From Eubacteriales bacterium (GTDB lineage Bacteria; Bacillota; Clostridia; Oscillospirales; SIG627), in assembly GCA_045543495.1 (NCBI GenBank), contig JAZQMO010000019.1, positions 17,056-81,055 of the forward strand: a DNA stretch of 64,000 nt, in the 5' to 3' direction. A program made the position numbers and the translations under genes. The notes under the pieces were generated by a model that saw nothing but the letters and a program-made list of their open reading frames with translations, had not been told where the DNA came from and ran no database searches. The stretch's first letter is position 1. Each line of letters opens with the position of its first letter. Shown here piece by piece: positions 60,470 through 64,000 of this stretch.

Positions 60470-61405
60470 ATGGTAAAAAATACGGTGCGGTGGGTCGCCA
60501 CCGCCATTCTCCTTGTTTTTTGTGCTACCTCGCTGTGCATCGTTTCTCTAATCAATAGCATCCAAAAGCCCGCCTCCCCCGAGGGGATCCTGTCGGCCTT
60601 GGAGGAAACGGGGTATCTGGAGGGAATGAAGCAAAGCCTTGGAGAGGATTGCAAGAGCCTCTGCCTGACCGGCGGAATTCCCGAGGAGCTCATTGCCGAT
60701 TTCGTGGAGGAGCAGGTGGTGGAGAGCGTGGCCTATTTTCCCATTCATCAAATGATGGGAACGGCTGAGACCAAGGCGGTGGATTACGATGCCATGAAAG
60801 CCTCCCTGACGGAGAAGATCACCTCCTTTGCCGCCTCCCTTCGGGAAAGCGGTCAAATGCCCCTTTCCGACGAGGAATGGGAGGAAATGAAAAAAGGCTT
60901 CCCCGAAACCGCCTCCTATTTCGTGGAGGAGATCCGCACCTCGGTGCAGCTCAGCGGGGTGTATTCCGTCCTCGGTTCTGCCCTCGGCCTTGTGGAGCGG
61001 GTGAGACCCTATCTTTTTTGGGGAGCCCTGTTTGTATTGGGATTTTCCCTTGTTCTTTTGATGAAAATTTGGAAGAAAAGGGTACTTTTGTGCTTCTATA
61101 CCGCTTTTGCCTCTGCAGGCTTTTTGATGCTCGTTCCCTCGTGGTGGGTGTATCGGGTGGATTTTGTTTCCCGTTTGGGTCTTGAGCCTGAGTATCTGAA
61201 ACGTCTGGTGCGCTATGAGGTCATGGAGGTTATGAGGGCGCTGATGCGCCGGGGCGGCTCTCTTCTTGCCGCAGGGCTGGTGCTTGGCGCCGTGTCGCTT
61301 GTTCTTTCCTTTTGGGAGAAAAAGAAGAGGGGTCTCCAAGGGGAAGAAAAAGCAGAAGAAAAAACGGAAGAAAGATCGGAAGAAGGAAAGGAATCGAAGG
61401 AATGA
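60470..61405 (+). CDS. Hypothetical membrane protein with K/E-rich C-terminal tail
   Basis: 311 aa. TM segments at the N-terminus and in the C-terminal third. Tail KKKRGLQGEEKAEEKTEERSEEGKESKE. Confidence 0.5.
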   Translation: MVKNTVRWVATAILLVFCATSLCIVSLINSIQKPASPEGILSALEETGYLEGMKQSLGEDCKSLCLTGGIPEELIADFVEEQVVESVAYFPIHQMMGTAETKAVDYDAMKASLTEKITSFAASLRESGQMPLSDEEWEEMKKGFPETASYFVEEIRTSVQLSGVYSVLGSALGLVERVRPYLFWGALFVLGFSLVLLMKIWKKRVLLCFYTAFASAGFLMLVPSWWVYRVDFVSRLGLEPEYLKRLVRYEVMEVMRALMRRGGSLLAAGLVLGAVSLVLSFWEKKKRGLQGEEKAEEKTEERSEEGKESKE

Positions 61406-61905
61406 TTCGGGAATATAAGGAGAAAAAGCCTGTCATTGCAGAGGATGTATTTTTGGCAGAAAACTGCGCTGTCATCGGGGATGTGATCATTGGGGAGCAG
61501 GCAAGTATTTGGTACGGCGCCGTTCTCCGTGGAGACGAGGGCCCCATTGAGATCGGAAAAGGCTCCAATGTGCAGGATAACGCCACCGTTCACACCGGCC
61601 ACGGCTTTTCCGTGAAGATCGGAGAGAATGTGACCGTGGGACACAATGCGGTGATCCACGGCTGTCAGGTGGGAGACGGCACCATTGTGGGAATGGGCGC
61701 CGTGGTGCTGGACGGAGCCAAGATCGGCAAGGGCTGTATGATCGCCGCAGGAGCGCTTGTGAAGGCGGGTGAGGTGATCCCCGACGGCTCCCTTTGCGTG
61801 GGAATTCCCGCCAAGATCGTTCGTGAAATGGACGAGGCGGCTCGGGAGGGCCTTGCGGAAAACGCCAAAATGTACGTTTCTTTAGGGAAGGATTATAAGG
61901 GATAA
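61402..61905 (+). CDS. Gamma-carbonic-anhydrase-like left-handed beta-helix protein (YrdA/PaaY family)
   Basis: ORF 61312..61905. ATG 61402 forms an ATGA overlap with the previous stop. Hexapeptide repeats IWYGAVLRGD...IGKGSNVQDNATVH...VGHNAVIHGC. Confidence 0.8.
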   Translation: MIREYKEKKPVIAEDVFLAENCAVIGDVIIGEQASIWYGAVLRGDEGPIEIGKGSNVQDNATVHTGHGFSVKIGENVTVGHNAVIHGCQVGDGTIVGMGAVVLDGAKIGKGCMIAAGALVKAGEVIPDGSLCVGIPAKIVREMDEAAREGLAENAKMYVSLGKDYKG

Positions 61906-61906
61906 T

Positions 61907-62722
61907 ATGCTCATTTGTCCGAAATGCGCCCTGCCTCTTTCCGAGGGGGAAAGAAGTGCCGCTTGCCGAGCGGGGCACAGCTTTGACCGTGCCCGTCAAG
62001 GGTATTGGAATCTCCTGATGGATTCTGCCCAAAGGGGCCACGGGGACGATGCGGCTATGCTCCGTGCCCGCCGAGTCTTTTTGGAGCGGGGGCATTATGA
62101 GCCCCTGGCTTCTCTTTTATCCCAAACCGTTGCCTCCCTTCTGCCCCACGGCGAGAGCCTGTTGGATTCGGGCTGCGGGGAAGGGTACTATACCCAAAGG
62201 GTAATGAGTCATCTTTGGGAAAGCGGCAAAGGGGCGGAGCTGTTTGCCTTTGATATTGCCAAGGATGCGGTGAAAATGACCGCAAGCCGTATGGGAGGAA
62301 AGGGGCACTTTTTCGTAGCCAGCACCTTTCATATCCCCATTGAAACAGAAAGCATCGCAGTGGCCATGAGCCTGTTCAGCCCGTACAGCGAGGCGGAATT
62401 TTTGCGGGTCCTTCGCCCCGGCGGGTATCTGATCCGTGCCGTGGCGCTGGAAAAGCACCTGTTTTCCTTAAAGGAGGCGGTGTATGAAAGCCCCACCTTA
62501 AACCAAGGAAAAGCCAAGGTGGGAGAGGGCTTTGCCATTCTGTCGGAACAGCGCCTGACCTATCCCTTGCTTCTGAAGTCGCAGGAGGAGATCCGAAGCC
62601 TTTTTGATATGACCCCCTACGCTCACAAAACAAGCCCCGAGGACAGAAAAAAGCTGGAAAAGCTGGAGAAATTGGAAACGGAAGCGGATTTTGGCCTGAT
62701 CGTGATGCAAAAGAGATCTTAA
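61907..62722 (+). CDS. rlmA: 23S rRNA (guanine-N1)-methyltransferase RlmA-like
   Basis: 271 aa. N-terminal Zn-ribbon CPKC...C..GHSFD..RQGYWNLL and SAM motif LLDSGCGEGYY, matching the RrmA layout. Confidence 0.8.
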   Translation: MLICPKCALPLSEGERSAACRAGHSFDRARQGYWNLLMDSAQRGHGDDAAMLRARRVFLERGHYEPLASLLSQTVASLLPHGESLLDSGCGEGYYTQRVMSHLWESGKGAELFAFDIAKDAVKMTASRMGGKGHFFVASTFHIPIETESIAVAMSLFSPYSEAEFLRVLRPGGYLIRAVALEKHLFSLKEAVYESPTLNQGKAKVGEGFAILSEQRLTYPLLLKSQEEIRSLFDMTPYAHKTSPEDRKKLEKLEKLETEADFGLIVMQKRS

Positions 62723-62803
62723 AGTTACGGGGAATCAAAAAAATCTCTTGCAAATCCCAAGAAATTGGGATATACTAAAAAAAGAAATGAAAAAGGAGGA
62801 AGG

Positions 62804-63736
62804 ATGATGAAGCAATCCTTGCGTGATTATGTGATCACTCTGTGTCTTGCATTGGTGATCTTTGCCGTTGTCGCCTTCTTTTTGATTCGTGCAGGCGAGG
62901 GCCTTATGGGCGATGTGGTTCACAAGATCGGCTCGGAAAAGGAAGAGGTGACCGAAACCCTGGAAACCCCGAGCACACAGGAAAGCACGCCTGCGGGCGC
63001 CACTCCTCAGCCGGAGAAGGTGCCGGATACGATGGCAACCTTCCTTCTGATGGGTCTGGATCACAGCGAAAAAAATGCCGATGCCATTTTTTTGGTTTGC
63101 ATCAACGCCACCCAAAAGCAGGCGCAGGTGGTTCTGATCCCCTCCAACACCATTGTGACCGAAGGGGCTAAGCACTATAAATTGGGCGAGCTTTACGGCA
63201 CCAAGAGCCCCAATTTCTATAAGGAATTTGTCTTTCAGCAAACGGGCGTGATGCCCGATTACTACGGGGCCATGACCATGTCGGGCCTTGCCAACCTCAT
63301 TGATTTTCTCGGTGGTATTCAGTATAAGGTTCCTCAGAATATGTATTATTTTGATCCCACCCAAAATCTAAAGATCAACCTGAAGGCAGGCACTCAGACT
63401 CTTACGGGCGATCAGGCGGTGCAGCTCGTGGCCTTCCGTGGCTATCCCAACGGAAACGCGACCCGTGAGGAAACGCAGATCGGCTTTGCCCGTGTGTTCT
63501 GTCAGAGCTTTCTGACCCCCGAAAATCTGGCCCGTGCCAAGTCCATTTTGTATAACGTGATCTATCACGTGGATACGGATTTTGAAGAGATGGATCTGAA
63601 TACCTTGGGTGAGGTGATCTTCAATTTCACGGGCTACGCACAGAATTTCAGTCGGATTCCCGGCAGCTCCACCAAGGACGGATATTATAACATCGGCTCC
63701 TCCAATGCGAAGGCCATGTTGCAGATCTATCAGTAA
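62804..63736 (+). CDS. LytR-CpsA-Psr (LCP) family cell-envelope phosphotransferase
   Basis: ORF 62765..63736. ATG 62804 follows an AAAGGAGGA SD. N-terminal TM, then TFLLMGLDHSEKNADAIFLV...IPSNT, typical of LCP proteins. Confidence 0.75.
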   Translation: MMKQSLRDYVITLCLALVIFAVVAFFLIRAGEGLMGDVVHKIGSEKEEVTETLETPSTQESTPAGATPQPEKVPDTMATFLLMGLDHSEKNADAIFLVCINATQKQAQVVLIPSNTIVTEGAKHYKLGELYGTKSPNFYKEFVFQQTGVMPDYYGAMTMSGLANLIDFLGGIQYKVPQNMYYFDPTQNLKINLKAGTQTLTGDQAVQLVAFRGYPNGNATREETQIGFARVFCQSFLTPENLARAKSILYNVIYHVDTDFEEMDLNTLGEVIFNFTGYAQNFSRIPGSSTKDGYYNIGSSNAKAMLQIYQ

Positions 63737-63739
63737 AAT

Positions 63740-63772
63740 AAAAAAAGGAGGCGAAAACCTCCTTTTTCTTTT
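63740..63772 (+). terminator. Rho-independent terminator after the LCP gene
   Basis: AAGGAGG(63745-63751)/CCTCCTT(63758-63764) followed by a T-rich run. Confidence 0.65.
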
Positions 63773-63791
63773 CAAAAGGGAAAGGAAATAT

Positions 63792-64000
63792 ATGGAAGAA
63801 AAGCTCATTTTGGAGCAGGAGGAGACCCCTTCCTGTGATTCGGAAAAAGTCCAAAAGAAAAAGATCCCCCCTGCCGTCGCCTCCCTTCTCGGGTGGCTGG
63901 AGGAAAAGCGTGAGGGCCCTTGGCCCTTGGTGCTGTCCTTTCTTTTGCCCTTTCTGATCTTCTCCCTGTGCCTTGTGTTTCAGGGGGTGTACCCCTTCGG
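63792..64000 (+). CDS. YfhO-like membrane protein, N-terminal fragment (runs off the right edge)
   Basis: Open at the edge, so absent from the ORF track. ATG 63792 gives MEEKLILEQEE...PWPLVLSFLLPFLIFSLCLVFQGVYPFG. The GVYPFG motif after the first TM is typical of YfhO-family N-termini. Confidence 0.45.
   Translation, partial: MEEKLILEQEETPSCDSEKVQKKKIPPAVASLLGWLEEKREGPWPLVLSFLLPFLIFSLCLVFQGVYPF

Overview
This is a chromosomal window from a GC-rich, endospore-forming Clostridia-type Firmicute. Markers include hrcA-grpE-dnaK with a CIRCE operator, dpaA/dpaB, lon-engB, pfkA, two sortases and a BY-kinase capsule module. About 60 protein-coding genes can be supported. The most unusual feature is a 16.8-kb head-to-tail array (4537-21369, + strand) of twelve intact paralogs of a ~415-aa neutral/alkaline-ceramidase-like metallo-amidohydrolase core. 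Six copies are lipoproteins carried on a constant-length (34-36 aa) Thr/Glu/Lys-rich tether and six are cytoplasmic. The array is arranged in six units, five with a recognisable promoter and all followed by a terminator-like hairpin. Directly downstream is a ~400-bp non-coding tract (21371-21784) made almost entirely of stem-loops. It includes four direct ATGATAT heptamers followed by four inverted copies, with a different mini-hairpin in every spacer. Other items worth a second look are listed here. An orphan terminase small/large subunit pair is split by a TPP-riboswitch-controlled thiT-thiN operon. A pduL / NifU-like / GGGtGRT operon has its 3' end and terminator duplicated ~830 bp away, bracketing an AbrB-Zn-ribbon/XRE cassette. 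A consensus promoter carries two ACGAAATTTCGT palindromes upstream of an ArpU/sigma-r4-like gene. A SrtB-type sortase has a ~240-aa Lys/Glu-rich N-terminal extension. A second sortase sits next to a candidate substrate ending in VKKTG. No rRNA, tRNA, CRISPR array, transposase or integrase was recognised. All functional calls rest on motif reading by eye, not on database searches.
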